Origin: Octopus vulgaris
Lineage: Eukaryota
Assembly: GCA_951406725.2 (NCBI GenBank)
Contig: OX597828.1
Span: forward strand, 57,846,001 to 57,910,000
Length of the DNA stretch: 64,000 nucleotides
Direction of reading: 5' to 3'
The notes under the pieces are model-generated. The model was given only the letters and a program-made list of their open reading frames with translations, was not told the origin of the DNA and searched no databases. Numbering within the stretch: position 1 is the stretch's first letter; every line of letters starts with the position of its first letter. Both the position numbers and the translations under genes were made by a program. This document shows, one piece after another, positions 40,297-55,099 of this stretch.

Positions 40297-40490
40297 CACG
40301 AGGGGTACCGAAACGTTCCTGGCTTCGGGTAAAAGAAAATACAGGAGGATCCGTTAATTTTGATTTTATCCAATCCCTCTCAGATTCACACACTTATTCC
40401 AGCGGTCTTTCAGATTTTCTAAGCGCTGTAAAAGAACTCGGAAGATTGGGCCTCCAGCCAAGCCTTCCGTAATATCTTTAAATCCAATTA
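40297..40490 (-). mobile_element. Mariner 3'-terminal fragment
   Basis: TIR-like CACGAGGGGTACCGAAACGTTCC; minus-strand transposase C-terminus ENLKDRWNKCVNLRG. Confidence 0.7.
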
Positions 40491-40828
40491 TGAGTACCCA
40501 TTCGTGTGTAGATAGATAGATGCATGGGTGGTTGGGTGTTTAGGTAGATAGGTAGAAAAGTTTCTTTATTAGCCACACAGGGCCGGACACAGAAGGCAGA
40601 AATACAATGTAGAGCTTTTCTTTTCGGAAATAGAAAAAATAGGAGACAAAGTTCCGATCAAACGGTATCGTGAGAAAAGAAACGATCAAAATGGATCGTG
40701 TATCAGAGAAAATATTAAAAATGTAAAAAGCAAGATTGGGTTTATCCGTGGAAAGAAGAGATTACGGAAAAGAATACGGTAACTTCAAGCAGGGAGGGAA
40801 TAAACACATGAGAGCAAAGTGCTCTCTC

Positions 40829-40859
<31 letters not shown>

Positions 40860-42202
40860 TCGATTTAAGGGATCATGCTCGACACTATGACGGTGACTGT
40901 CAGAGATAGACACATACATACATACATTACTGAAGTGTTCTTTGTTAGGATGTAATTGCCCAGTATATTGTGTAAATGACAAATTTGCAATGCTATGTTT
41001 CGACCCGTCTATGCACATAACCCTCAGTTGCCCAACAAAAAAAATGACTAATGTCAAGTATGTAACGACTATAAATCGGTACTAATTTCCGTCATATCAC
41101 AAAATATTCTAATAAGAAGCCAGTTGGTTAATAAATAAATTAAACAGAATCCTGTTAAAATATCTCCTGCGAATAAAAACTAAAATGCTAAACACCGTTT
41201 GTTGTTTTACTGGCATTACTCGTTGCACTGTGGACATATAGGGACACTGCTTTCAAAGGAATAATCAATTATATCGATTTCAACCCCAATACATGTCGAC
41301 CTGTGCAAACTTGGAAGGACGAATAGCAATGCTCACCTGTGCCAGAATTAAACATAGTACATGTCGAAAGTTCTGTTTATTCTATTAGGTGCAGGAGTGG
41401 CACTCTACATACTCAGAATTATTCCATAAGCAGTGATATTTACAATGAAACGTGATTAATGAAATATGATTAATTTTAATTAATCAAATTTATGATTGAT
41501 CATAAACTGGAATTGATCAAACTTAAAAGTTAACATTTTGAAGAGTTCTTGTGATAGGTATATCGTGAAATTGTATATTAAAAGTCTTACTATTAGAAAT
41601 GCGAAAGTCACATGGATTCTTGTCTTCAGCACATGTAGAACTGGAATCTTAAACTGCGCCATAAAATACCTAAATGACAATAATGAAAGTGAAGAAAGAA
41701 TCGTTCAGATCTCTGCAATATTACTACTGTCACGTGTACAGCATTATGATTAGTTCAAATATTAATATCCGGTTTCTGTCAACGTTACTGGTTGAAATGA
41801 AAAACAGCTGTAGAATATTGACCAATGAAATGCGTGCATTACTGCTATAACATAGTAATAGAATAACTAGAGCTGTGCACGTGGATAGAGATTGAATACA
41901 TCCTAATTAGATATGGTGTCACAATAGAATTGGTTTTAGTTTATTTATCTGTTTCCTCTCTGCAACTAAATAGGTTAATCTAGTTAAATATTGATCCAAG
42001 AATTCAAATAATTATACTTTTCAGGCAACACGTATATGAACATAAGACGCCTCTCTATGAAAGAACAATCTCAAAACGCAGATGGTAGACGTATGCGTAG
42101 AATATATACGATTCATTACGATACACATCAGAATATTGTATTAAACATACGCACACACACATGTATACTAGTGTATACATTATCTCTCTCTCTTTCTGCC
42201 TT

Positions 42203-42289
<87 letters not shown>

Positions 42290-42438
42290 GTCATTTAAAA
42301 ATATATTCCGCCTTTAACCATCATATATCGTTATTATCTACCGTCGCACATAACGTACAAAGACACATTGAATAATTCCATTCTGGTTCTTTTGTCCAAA
42401 CTTTATACACACACATGCAGATATATATATATATATAT

Positions 42439-42552
42439 ATTATATAGAAGGAGCTTCTACAGGACTAGAACTGTTTCATTCAAGAGAAATCTTCAGGAAG
42501 ATTTCTCTTGAATGAAACAGTTCTAGTCCTGTAGAAGCTCCTTCTATATAAT
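42439..42552. repeat. Perfect ~56-bp-arm palindrome (2-nt loop), probably an inverted pLTR-like fragment
   Basis: ...AGAGAAATCTTC-AG-GAAGATTTCTCT.... The minus strand reads CTGAAGA-tttctcttgaat-GAAAC. Confidence 0.8.
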
Positions 42553-42622
42553 AAATTAATTTTACTCTGCTATGTATTGAGTACCTTACTTACTGTGGTT
42601 AACCCCGAATCAACCCGGGACC

Positions 42623-42688
<66 letters not shown>

Positions 42689-43393
42689 TATGTGTGTGTG
42701 TGTGAAAAGATTGAATTATATTTCATCCTTTAATTTGGAGGGTTCCAAAAAAAAGCGATTCCTGGTAAAGATTCTTCATATTTTGCTGGTCGCTTACTGG
42801 CGCAAGTTTGCGAATATGAAAATAATACTTGCATGTGGTGTGTTATGAGAATTTATGAAAAGGTATCCCATAGAATCTCTTTCTCTTTTTCTCTTTTTCT
42901 CTTTTTCTCAAAAATTTGTTAAAAATGGAGAAGAGATGTTAAAATTTGAAAGAAATTTAATACATGCATGCGATCGTTTCAAACAGCGATATTAAAACAT
43001 GTAAATTTATGATATATATACAGATATATACAGCACCAGGGAAGACCCTCGAAATTGATAATAATCAACCGTCAATGGCTTCATAGTCGCACATCGTCAA
43101 TCCTCTTATCCTTCCAACCATCCACCAAGTCAACTTTGGTATTACCTTACCATTACAATCAATCAATTTTATGATTCAACTGTATTACTCGGCAGCATTT
43201 GTAAATCTATCCCACGTCACCGTATATTTGTAAATTTATTTCTAATTTATACGGGAACTGAACAGGGAACGGAATAGGACATGAAACAGTGTAATGGGAA
43301 CGGGGACTGGAAATAACCCCCGCTTTTCTGAGTATTACCGAGTAATGCAGCTAGTGTATTTATATGTGTGTGTACGTGCGTGTGTGTGTGTAC

Positions 43394-43438
<45 letters not shown>

Positions 43439-43487
43439 AAAAGAGACATGACAAAAGAATAAATGATTATTTTATGAACTTCATTAT

Positions 43488-43566
43488 CTTACAACTGTTT
43501 CTGTTATTAGACGTAGTGGACTGATAGTTGAGTGCCTGAATAACACCTTATAGCTTCATCGGACCC
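43488..43566 (-). ncRNA. Degenerate HHR-like motif
   Basis: Reverse complement CCGATGA-ag..tgttatt..aataaca-GAAA-cagttg-TA; near-palindromic stem III; one core substitution. Confidence 0.45.
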
Positions 43567-43567
43567 T

Positions 43568-43608
<41 letters not shown>

Positions 43609-43614
<6 letters not shown>

Positions 43615-43913
43615 ATCACGTGACCGACCAGATCATCAGATGTTGCTACACATCGCTGGTCACAATGCGCTTCGCATTGTTTTTTAGTCTTCGAATGACG
43701 CCACCCCTCTAGCTAAGTGAGCAGGCCAACAGAAGAAAGAGTGGTAGAAAGAGTGGTGAAGGAGTACAGCAGGGACCACCACCCCCTGCCGGAGCCTTGT
43801 GGAGCTTTTAGGTGTTTTCGCTCAATAAACACACACAACGCCCGGTCTGGGAATCGAAACCGTGATCCTACGACCGCGAGTTCGCTGCCCTAACCACTGG
43901 GCCATTGCGCATC

Positions 43914-43915
<2 letters not shown>
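43609..43915 (-). mobile_element. tRNA-derived SINE (family 4), full length
   Basis: Head GCGCAATGGCCCAGTGGTTAGGGCAGCG..GGTTTCGATTCCC; tail TCACGTGA repeat; inserted in a TA/CA microsatellite. Confidence 0.85.
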
Positions 43916-43957
<42 letters not shown>

Positions 43958-44020
43958 AGAGGGTTTTTTTTAACCACTATGTGGAAACCCTTGTGCTAGA
44001 AGATGCGCTAAAGCGAGAGG

Positions 44021-44404
44021 ATGGATGAGGAGCGGATGATAGGGATAGTGATGAAGGCTGAAGTGGTAGACAGCAGAGGCAGACCTCGGTTTGTGTGGAC
44101 AGATGGAGTGAGGAAAACTTTAGGGGTTGGAGGTGTTGGAATGAGAAAGGCAAGAGAGTTTATAAATGATAGGAAAGCTTGGAGAGTGTTTGTGGATGGA
44201 TGAGTGAATTTTAATGTTACTGAAAGGGGTTCGGGAGTAAACCAGCATATACTGTCAGGTCTCGCTGCTGATATTGGGGATTTCGTTCTATGCTTGATCC
44301 GACCATAGAACGGGTTTCGCCCCTTTGAGCTGAGAAATGAATGGAAGGCCTGATGTGTGTCTTGCTATGGTTACCCACTCCTAAAAAGTATGGAGATAGA
44401 CCTG

Positions 44405-44405
<1 letters not shown>
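44021..44405 (+). mobile_element. RTE-type LINE 3' fragment (second family)
   Basis: MDEERM..RGRPRFVWTDGVRKTLG..AREFINDRKAWRVFV*. Confidence 0.72.
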
Positions 44406-44490
<85 letters not shown>

Positions 44491-46439
44491 ATATCTTGGA
44501 CGAGTGTTTTTTACAATAGCTCCAGACTGTTGTAGATATATGTGTGTGTTCGTCTACCACCGCTTGAAAACTGATGTTGGTTTGTTTGCGTCCCAGCAGC
44601 TTAGCGATCCAGCAAATGATACCGATAGAAAAAATATCAGGCTTAAAATTTACACTGAGGTCGATTTGTGCGGCTAAACTTTTCAAGCACTGCCCCTGTA
44701 TGGCAGCAGTTCAAAGACTGAAACAAATATATGACAAAGATGCTAATTCTTTCTGTCTTTTTTCAAGATAGGAGCAATGGGTACAATAATTTCATCAAGT
44801 GGATGGAATTAAACTTTTAGTTAAAAAATCTTTGATTCATTGTCTGAAAATAAATAATTTCTCATTCCTCTGAATGGAACCAAAACTTTTCGGCATTATG
44901 TAAAACAAGATTATTGGGAAAGCAGCCTTAGATATTTCTTGTCAATGAAATAACTTCAATATTAAGAAAAATCTATTGTTGCTTCCACTTTTGTTTTGCT
45001 TCACATAATGCTAAGTAGCTTCTGGGGTGAAACGAAAACTATGAAATCAAGCAACCAAAGAAAAATGATCAAAATTCAATATGCAGAGACAGCAACCAGC
45101 CGTGATATCTAAAAATAAGATATTGTCTGTTTTTCTTTGGTGAGTTGAAGGTGGGATGTGCAACAATCAAAACCATTGTGAAAATATAGAGGAGATACAA
45201 CGCACGAAAGATTACATATTTAACACCTAAATGCCCAAAGAATATATGATCAGTTCTTTATAAAGAGATGTCAGAATGTGCTTTACATTACCCGCAAATA
45301 ATTTCCAACTCTTGGTTCACTAGCATGCACATAAATAAAGGTTGTCATAATCGTGTCAATAGATACATCATATGCTTTGGAGGTAATCTAGAAAATAGAC
45401 TGAAGCTGTAAAATCTAGCTCATATTCCAGTTCACTGCTTTCTTTTATATTCCGGTCTCTTAGAAAAAGGATATTATTCTTAACAATAAACTTAGAATAT
45501 AGTTATTTGGATTTAGCTTTCATTTTTGAATCCTGAAAGATATTTCTATACGTTTTTGTTTACAACTTTATGAAAATATCTATATTTCATAAATCTCTTG
45601 AGTTATGATATAAAGTTTTCATCGGATGAAAAAAAAAACTTATGAGATATTTTGTGACTCTATCAGCGGTTGAAAAATTCCCTTCGTCTATTATTTCCGT
45701 TCTGCTGTTTCTGTTATGAATTGCATTTTAATTTATATAACCATACATTCTAGTATAGCTGGACTGAATCAGCTGACACTATTGTATATGTTCTTTGTAT
45801 TCTGCTATAAAAAAAAATATTTTACGCTACGTAGACGTAACGTCTGCTTAACACAAGTGAATAAAAACTTTTACGTTGCGGAAACCTGAAAATGATAACA
45901 ATAAGGGTTGATAATGCCTCACGATGGTATTGTTGTCAGAACTAATCGGAAATTTGCGACTAAGAATAGTGGTTTCTTTTAATGACCCAAAATAAATTTA
46001 TCGAAGGCGGATATATTGATCATAGAAAGGCGAAACATTTTACAATACATTCTTTTAAGTGCTATATTCAAATTTCACATAGTTACCATTAGTCCTTCGT
46101 ATCTTGTTGAAATAAATAGTAAAACTGTTGAGTCGATTCAATTAACTGTTATTTCTCATAACAATTTGTCGTTTCCTTGCGGTAGTGATTGAAATCCTTT
46201 TATAAATCAAAAACTTTGATCAAGTCAATGTGAAGATGAATTGTTGCATGGAATATATTCTAATGTTTTATTGTTACAAGTAAGGGTAACACGGAATATC
46301 TGGAGTTCTTTGATTTTCTTTGGATTGTTCCTTTTACTCTTAGTTTTCCATAATCCATTCTGTGTAAAACTACACTGTTTCTGTAACTTGATCTCCAAAT
46401 GTCCCCTCGTCCATTGCCCCTGTGGCAAATAAAGAAACT

Positions 46440-46795
46440 TTTATTATTCATATGTTTGACTTTTGCTTTGTATTCGTACAAGTTGACTCCAAGTCTCACC
46501 CAGAGACTTCAAGAGGCAACAAGTTAGAAGTTCAAGTTGGTGTTATGCCTAGGGTATCATATGTTCGGTTTTGGACACAGTATTGTTCTAGAGAGTGTTT
46601 AAGAAAACAAGAAAATTAGAAGTTTGTTTTAAAATTTGAGATTATATAGACAGTATTTTACGTAGGATATGGGCAGTTCCCGTTTGCACTATCTTTTGAA
46701 TGTCTCCCATTTTGGGGTTTCTTGGTATCTTGGTATCTGAGTTAGGTAGGAATCAGCCCCTTTTGCTATCATTTCTAGGGTACCTATGACAACAA
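46440..46795 (-). mobile_element. Dong/R4-clade LINE 3' fragment
   Basis: VVIGTLEMIAKGADSYLTQIP..NPKMGDIQKIVQTGTAHILRKILSI*, then a 3'UTR ending in AATAATAA. Confidence 0.8.
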
Positions 46796-47192
46796 ATAAA
46801 TAAATAACTCGTTAAAATTACTGTTCCGTAATTCAACTTTCCGTTTTGTAGAGAGAAAGACAGACAGGCGGAGGAAAATTCTTCATATCTATAGAAGATC
46901 CAAAAATAAAATTGCAGAAGACAAAAAAGGAAACGAACACTTAATTCAATGAGAAAAATACTGAAAATAACCGTTAACAGATATGTATGTATAAACGTCC
47001 TCGGGCAAGCCGCATGACACGAGTACACACTTGAGATGTTAGGCACACTCATGATTACAAAGCGAGCTAGATATTTATTCTCGCATATTCCATCTTCTGT
47101 CTTTCGTTTGTTATTTACCTAACGATCACTCTGAAAATGAACGTGGTTTACCAGTAAGCTACCAGGTGTAAAGCATTCGCTTTATTATCGAT

Positions 47193-47265
<73 letters not shown>

Positions 47266-48087
47266 TGAGCTTCTTTCAATCTCCTTCTACCAAGTTCACT
47301 CACAAAGTTTTGGTCGGCCCGAGGTGATAGTAGAGAGCACTTGGCCAGGGTACCATGCAGTGAGACTGCACTCGGAACCATATGGTTGGAAAGCAAGCTT
47401 CTTACCACACATATTCTTATTCTTATATAACCCAGTACTTTTGAGGGAGAGGCTAAGACAATTACATCAATCCCAGTGCTCAACTGGTACTTATTTTATC
47501 GGCCCCCGAAAGGATGACATGCAAACTCGACCTCGAAGGAATTTGAGCTCACAAAGTAAAGACGGACGAAATGTCGCTAAGTAGTTTGTCCGGTGTGCTA
47601 AAGATTCTGCCAGTGTATCGCCTCAATAATAACTAACTGGACCCGTGAATATTTCACAGAATTAATGGTAAACCTACCGGGTTATTGCTGAAAACTTTAT
47701 CCAAATATCTGAAAGCGCAGCCTGTGTTGTGTTTGTATACAAAGATAGTCGCTCATCCGCTACTCATTGAAGATGGAAATAAATTGGAATACGATGATTA
47801 CTTAATGCACTTTATATATACACTTTATATATTTTATGCACAATTATATAGACTTAATACACAGCACTCATAAAATAAATATTCACTCCTATTTTTCCAT
47901 TTTCCACATAAATAAAAAAAATATCCTGTACATTTGATACAACCTTTAGTTAAATTCCATATATCTGCCACATAAATAAGCGTGACTATTTCGCGGAATT
48001 GCACTTCTGAGCATGCGTTAAATGATAGGTGATATAAAAAAAAACATAGTTCAATTAAAATAAAATGCACTTTTCACTATCCAGTCA

Positions 48088-48200
48088 CCACCAGCAGCGC
48101 CTCTACCACCAGCAGCGCCTCTACCACCAGCAGCGCCTCTACCACCACCATCTCTATCTCCACCACAACCACTTCCATCTCCACCACCACCACCACCATC
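48088..48200. repeat. 18-bp tandem repeat (CACCAGCAGCGCCTCTAC)x3 plus a (CAC)n tract
   Basis: Directly visible. Confidence 0.85.
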
Positions 48201-48794
48201 ATCTCTTTCTATCCTCTCTCTTCTCTCTCTCCCATAGTATTTCTCTCTCTTCTCTCTCTCTCTCTCTCTCTGCCTTTTTTAACCTCACCATCAGAACATC
48301 ATCCCTCTGGTAAAATTATATTTTTAACTCCCCTCCTCTACTTTTAACTAACTTTCTTGTCACGTAATAAATATTACGTTCCCCCTACCTCAAGTTACGG
48401 ACGCTCCTCTCTCCTTTTTTTCTTTCGTCCTCTTTCTGTCTCACTCTTCGCTTATCCTCTTTTTCTATCTCCTTTTTTCTTTCTCCTCTTTTACCCTTCA
48501 ACTAATCACGTGGAAGCGTTACAATTTACATTCCTTCTATCCCACGTTATGGCTGCTTCTCTCTTCCTCTTTTTCTCTCTTCTTCTTTTTCTCTCTCACT
48601 CTTTTTCTCAAATCACGTGAAAGAGTTAACAACGGACTAAGTCACGCAATGACAAGCGGAATTAATATACGATAATGATAATAATAACAATACCTTCAAA
48701 TTTAGCTGGTATTTGGACGCACACACCCCGAACGAATTACTACTAAGCATTTTCTTCGGCGTGCTAACGATTTTGCCGGCTTGCTGCCTTATGA

Positions 48795-48886
<92 letters not shown>

Positions 48887-49267
48887 GAAGAAGAAGAAGA
48901 AGAAGAAGAAGACCCCATGCTGTAATATGCATTTGTATTCGAACTCAGACGATGTAGAGAGAATTATACAACGTGACACAAATCAGATAAAGAATTCGTG
49001 TTCATTATTGGAAGACAGCATGAAAACATAAGTTCCGACTTATGGATTATAAAATGGCATTAGAAAGAAATGTTAAAAAGAATGTTGTAGATTTTCTATA
49101 AAATGGATTCTGAAGCAATTAATAGTTGGTGTGCTTATTCTTGCATTTTATTTTTTTTTTTTTTTGCGTGTATTTTAGTTTGGTGGGGGTATTTTTTTTT
49201 TTTGTTTTTTCTTTCTTTCGAAAAGTAGGCAAAACAACTCATTAAAACATTTTTGCAATCGTTTCAG

Positions 49268-49356
49268 GCGACGGACAAAGACGGAGATGAGGATCTTTAT
49301 CTAACTTACACTATTATTGGTGGGAATGAAGATAACACATTTCGCATCTCTAAAAG
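49268..49356 (+). CDS. Cadherin-repeat gene, exon D (phase 0-2)
   Basis: gtttcag|...ag|gtaaac. ATDKDGDEDLYLTYTIIGGNEDNTFRISK contains AxDxD and Y.I.GGN...F.I. Confidence 0.93.
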
Positions 49357-49897
49357 GTAAACCAAAATAGTTTATTCTTAAATTATAACAATCAAGACTG
49401 CACATGCTAAAAAAAACCCTAAAAACATTTCTTATTCGAGTAATCTTATAAAAGAGATCCCAAAGAAACCAACCTACCATTAATTGTAACAAACTTCATT
49501 CCATCGACCAATAAGTGCAGAATGACCTACTGCATCCCACCCAAATATTGGAAAAAGTCAGCAAATATCAGACCCTAGCATACTGAAACTCATGCAAATC
49601 TCATGCATTTTAATTAAAATTATTTTTTCTAATTACTTATATATTAGAAACAAAAGACTGTATATGTATTTATTTTGCAAGGTTCTTGATATGAAATCCC
49701 GTGTTGAAACAGATATTGTTATATAAGAGGATGTTTTCTTTTCTTTTCTTGCCAATTAACCACACGCACTATATATTTGGTCTTCCCTTCAGCCGTACTA
49801 TTTTCTCATATTTTAGCGCCCTTTGTCTGCAGATTACATACATACATACGTACCTACATACATACACACATACTTACATACCCACAAACACACACAA

Positions 49898-49958
<61 letters not shown>

Positions 49959-50058
49959 CCGCATTATTTATGGGATAACCCAATACTTTCATAGATGATG
50001 TCATCTCTAAAATGGTGGACGGACTAATGCTGGAATGCAAACGAGCATATGACTTCTG

Positions 50059-50285
50059 AGGCGGCGAGCTAGCAGAAACGTTAGCACGCCGGGCGAAATG
50101 CGTAGCCATATTTCGTCTGTCTTTACGTTCTGAGTTCAAATTCCGCCGAGGTAGACTTTGCATTTCATCCTTTCGGGGTCGATAAATTAAGTACCAGTTG
50201 CGTACTGGAGACGATCTAATCGACTGGCTCTCTCCCCAAAACTTTCGGGCCTTGTGACTTGAGTAGAAAAGAATAGAAAAGAATA
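50059..50285 (+). mobile_element. SINE family 1 variant, full length
   Basis: Head, B-box and core as above, with an AGAAAAGAAT tandem tail. Confidence 0.85.
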
Positions 50286-51994
50286 CAATTTATGACTTCG
50301 TATGTATGACAGAAACTGCTAAAAGGCAACCAAGATTTGTGGAATAATTAGATTTGTTCCAGCAGGCCTTGTGCATAAACTAAAACTATTATTGCTGCTG
50401 AAACTGAGTTACGCTAATCTACTTGCTAAGTTGTTAAATAAATCTAAACGGTATGCAAGAAAGTAAAACCCACACAATGATTGTAAAGTAAATATTTTTG
50501 AATATATATTCAAAGTAACGAATTTCTCTGAGAAGGTATTGTCGAGTTTATCAACTTCATTAATTCTCTGGTCATCAATTCATCGACTCTCGAAGACTGG
50601 AAGATTAAAGTCTACCGCAGCAAAATTTTAATTCAGAATGTCGAAGACGAATCTGATTATTCCGTGGCATTTCAGCAAACGTTCAACTGATTCCACATTA
50701 TTATTCACCAGCTTGGCTTTTAACAGAGCTTTTGTCATGTATCAAATTGAATAGTTCTATTTCTATTGTCTACTTACCTATATATTTTTGTTGTCTTACG
50801 ATTAGTATTTTCCAATAGTTTCTTGTTACATTATCTCTTTGCGTATCTGTAAATACACTTTTTTAGGCCAGCTTCCAACTGATATATTCTAAAGCAAGTA
50901 ATATTTTTTTTTGTTATTTGTTCCTGGTCTTTCTAATTCATTTAGAGTTCGGTTTACAATATTATAACTTCAACTTGTCACAAGGGTATCTAGATTATTG
51001 ATGACAATTTATTATTTTTAGTTTGCATTTTACTTTGTTCCCAATATTAATCTGAAACCTCTGTAGAGCATCTCATTAACGACGTGCTACCTGTTAGAAT
51101 GGCCATTTAAAATTTCATCGACGTGAAATACGAAAGTTGCTTTGCAAGATCTGAGGCCCACGCGCTAAAAGAGAAGTAACCGAAACTGTTTGATGGTCTC
51201 GCAGTCAGAGGCGCAACCTTGCAACAAAGCTATAATTCGTTCTTCGAATAACTAGGAGCGGATGAGCTATATGATTCCATGCAAATGCATGAAGCCTATG
51301 TGCAGCTCTTTGATCGACTGCTCACATTTAAGTACGCTACTCTCGCAGAGTTTAGTGGTTATCTTGGCGGATGAGATGCGATTTTGTGAATCTTTGAAAT
51401 TGTTAGAGCGTTGCACATAATATATTTGTTTTGCAAGAGTTTTGATGTGAAATCGTGTGCTGAAGCAAAGTAACACCAAATATATAGTGCGTGTGTTTTT
51501 ATTGGCTAAACTGGCAAAATGACCGTTCTTAAATACAACAATAGTTGCACAAAATACTTTAAGGTATTTTAGCTGCGGTTCTTTATATACTGAATTCAAA
51601 TCACTGCAATTTTGTTCTAGGATCGATAAAACAATGAGGCTCTCAACGGTAGCGAATAACCAATGCTCTTTCTTAAAATTTGTGTCTTTGTTCCCATATC
51701 AGAAATTATCATTTGAATAATTTTACTCTATACACTGACTGTACAACGGAGCAGTTTTATTTGCCTTTGATACTTGCTAAATCTTCTTTACCATTTCATT
51801 CACAGTTATCTATGTAATATTTCTTGTGTAGGATGAGTAGTGTGATTTTTTTTTGTATATTTTCTTCTTCAACTGTTTACAGTAAATTGTCCAAGATTTA
51901 TTGTATAATTTTCGTACATAATAACTCATTAATCACAGCAATATTTATAAATTTTAGATTTGATGTTCACAAATGAAAGTGGCATTAATTTATA

Positions 51995-52222
51995 CACTCT
52001 TTTACTTTATTTTTTATCTTTTACTCTTTTGCTTCTTTCAGTCATTTGACTGCGGCCAAGCTGCAGCACCGACTTTAGTCGAACAGATCGATCCCAGGAC
52101 TTATTCTTTGTAAACCTAGTACCTATTCTACCGGTCTCTTTTGCTGAACTGCTAAATTACGGGGACATAATCACACTAATATTGGTTGTCAAGCGATGAT
52201 GTGGGGACAAACACCGACACAC

Positions 52223-52295
<73 letters not shown>

Positions 52296-52441
52296 CATAC
52301 ACGACGGGCTTCTTTCAGTTTCTGTCTAACAAATCCACTCGCAAGGCATTGGTCAGCCCGAGCCTATAGTAGAATACACTTCTCCAATGTGCCACGCAGT
52401 GGAGTGGGACTGAACCCGGAGCCATGTGGTTGGGAAGCAAG
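51995..52441 (-). mobile_element. SINE family 2, near full length
   Basis: Homologous to 39780-40220. Confidence 0.8.
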
Positions 52442-52780
52442 CTTTGTTGAATTTATTGCACATGTACCATATCTGTGGGCAACGAGATTTGAAATCTTTG
52501 CGATATACAAATATCAAAATCGTGATAATTAGTATCGTCATCAACTCTGCTGTCAAAGGAACAGGGAAAACAATGCTCTGTGGTAAGAAGCTTGCTTCCC
52601 AACCACATGGTTCCGGGTTCAGTCCCAAGAGAGACCGATAGAATAAGTACTAGGCTTACAAAGAATAAGTCCTAGGGTCGATTTGCTCGATTAATGCGGT
52701 GCTCCAGCATGGTCGCAGTGAAATGACTGCTACAAATAAAAGAATAAATGAGTGAATTTTCAAATGAATACTCATAAACA

Positions 52781-52848
<68 letters not shown>

Positions 52849-52990
52849 GTAGCAAATCTAAATAATTGATAATAACAACAATAGTAATATTAGTGGTAGC
52901 AAGTGATATTAGTATATATTCAGTAAAATTGGTGGTTAAATCGGGGGTCTTTACTTCCACTTTCTAACAAGCCTGTGCTTCGTGTACCCT

Positions 52991-53027
<37 letters not shown>

Positions 53028-53221
53028 CAAGCAACTCTATATATATATAGAACGTTTTGAAAAGGTTCCTACCGATAATGGTTATATTTCCATACCGAAA
53101 TCTACCTGGAAATAATTGTTGATTTTGAAATTAATAATTATTTACCCATATATTATTAATATATATATAGAGAGAGAGATAGATAGACAGACAGACAGAC
53201 AGACATTCAGACAGACAGATG

Positions 53222-53305
<84 letters not shown>

Positions 53306-54072
53306 TGTATATATATATAAAGTTAGATTGAGCTATGAAAAACAGACAACAGAATGACAAAGTCACAGACAAGGCAGCAAGAGAACGGTTATTTTTACTT
53401 CTATTTCAGTAATTTAGTTTCTTTTAAGGATACATTTTCATTTATTGAGACTGATAGGGACACACTTCTTAGCCTCTATCCCCTATCGTTGTGAATTGGC
53501 ATTTTTCAGAACAGAACATGGTGGCCTTGTCACTCATCTCAGACTTTTCTTTGTATCTGGTTACGGCAGCTGCTTTTGTTGACATTTGTTAAGTCTGTCA
53601 CAGTTTCCAGCGACCGAAATCCGAGACTACGGCATGACCAAGAGTGACAACAAGACAGAGTGTGGTTAATTGTTTCTTCCCAATCTAAACATATTTCTCA
53701 CTAACTTTATTAAACTATTATAGGCATCAGCGGTCTCTGTTGCGATTACAAATGCTTTGAGTCTTCTGCTTCTCAGCCAATTTATATTTCAGCTTTTTAA
53801 AACTTTACTACAGAGTGATTTTCTGCCATCATTTTACCACATCATTGTTCAAAGTCAGCTACGTTTTATGATTTTCCGCAATTTCTGTTTTACTTGTCTT
53901 TTCTTCACACATCTCTCTATTTCTTCCTTTATTCTTTCTTGTCTTGGAGCCATTCGAATTACTTTTCAATCGTTCTTCACTATTTCTTGTAGTTTTACAA
54001 TAAATAATTTATAATAGATTTCTAATTGCCTGTATTTGTAGTAAATATAATCTGTACCGTTTCTGGGTATTG

Positions 54073-54126
<54 letters not shown>

Positions 54127-54130
54127 ATAC

Positions 54131-54180
<50 letters not shown>

Positions 54181-54225
54181 TTTTCAGGATTAAATAAAAT
54201 GGCAACAAACAGAAAATATGATATA

Positions 54226-54278
<53 letters not shown>

Positions 54279-54372
54279 TTAAAATGAGGGTGAGAAATTG
54301 GATATTAATTTAATTAACATCAATTTAACACCAGTGGTCGAACATATTAAAATCTGAAGGTCCAGTGAATTG

Positions 54373-54595
54373 GGATCTTTTCACTTTGACCGGCAGATTT
54401 TTAAAATAATTTCTTTGTAACTAAACACTTTTAAACTTCGTATACTGGTAGTGTGTTACATAAAACATCTTTTTCTCTTGGCTTTCTTGAGAAAATTCTG
54501 TAGTTTGTAAGCTATTTGTTGTTTAATTTCTTGCATTTCGGCAATTTCAACCAATCAATGACGTCTATTGAGGTGAATACAATTTCTGCCGTAGT
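54373..54595 (+). mobile_element. Partial copy of the 12746-13173 MITE
   Basis: GGATCTTTTC..TTTGA.CGGCAG..AAACTTCGTATACTGGTAG..CAATTTCAACCAATCAA. Confidence 0.8.
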
Positions 54596-55065
54596 TTGTC
54601 AACAACATTTTCTGGCGGTGTCATATCAATGTGTATATGTATGTATGTATAGCCATATGTGCATATGTATGACTATATTTAAATATACATATATATATAA
54701 ACATATATATATACATTTATACACGTATATATTTTATATAAATACATACACTACACACACAACGCGTGGTTTAGTGGTTAGAGCATTTGGCTTACGATAG
54801 GAAGTTTGTGAGTTCGATTCGCGGTGATACGTGTTTTCCTTGCAGAAATCACTTTATTTCACATTACTCCAGAACATTCAGCTGGCAAAAATTATTAGTA
54901 TTTAGATTTCAAAGGGCCAGCCTTATCACATCCTATTTCACCCTTAGCTCCCTGAGAAGTACGTTAAGGGCACACGTGTCTGTGGAGTACCCAATCACTT
55001 CCACGTTAATTTCATGAACAGGCTGGTACTCTCACCGTAACCGACGGAGTGCCAGTTGTTTATTC

Positions 55066-55099
<34 letters not shown>

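Noticed and set aside
47630-48672. Possible Helitron/Helentron-like non-autonomous element
   Set aside because: The termini are only vaguely suggestive and there is no second copy to define boundaries.
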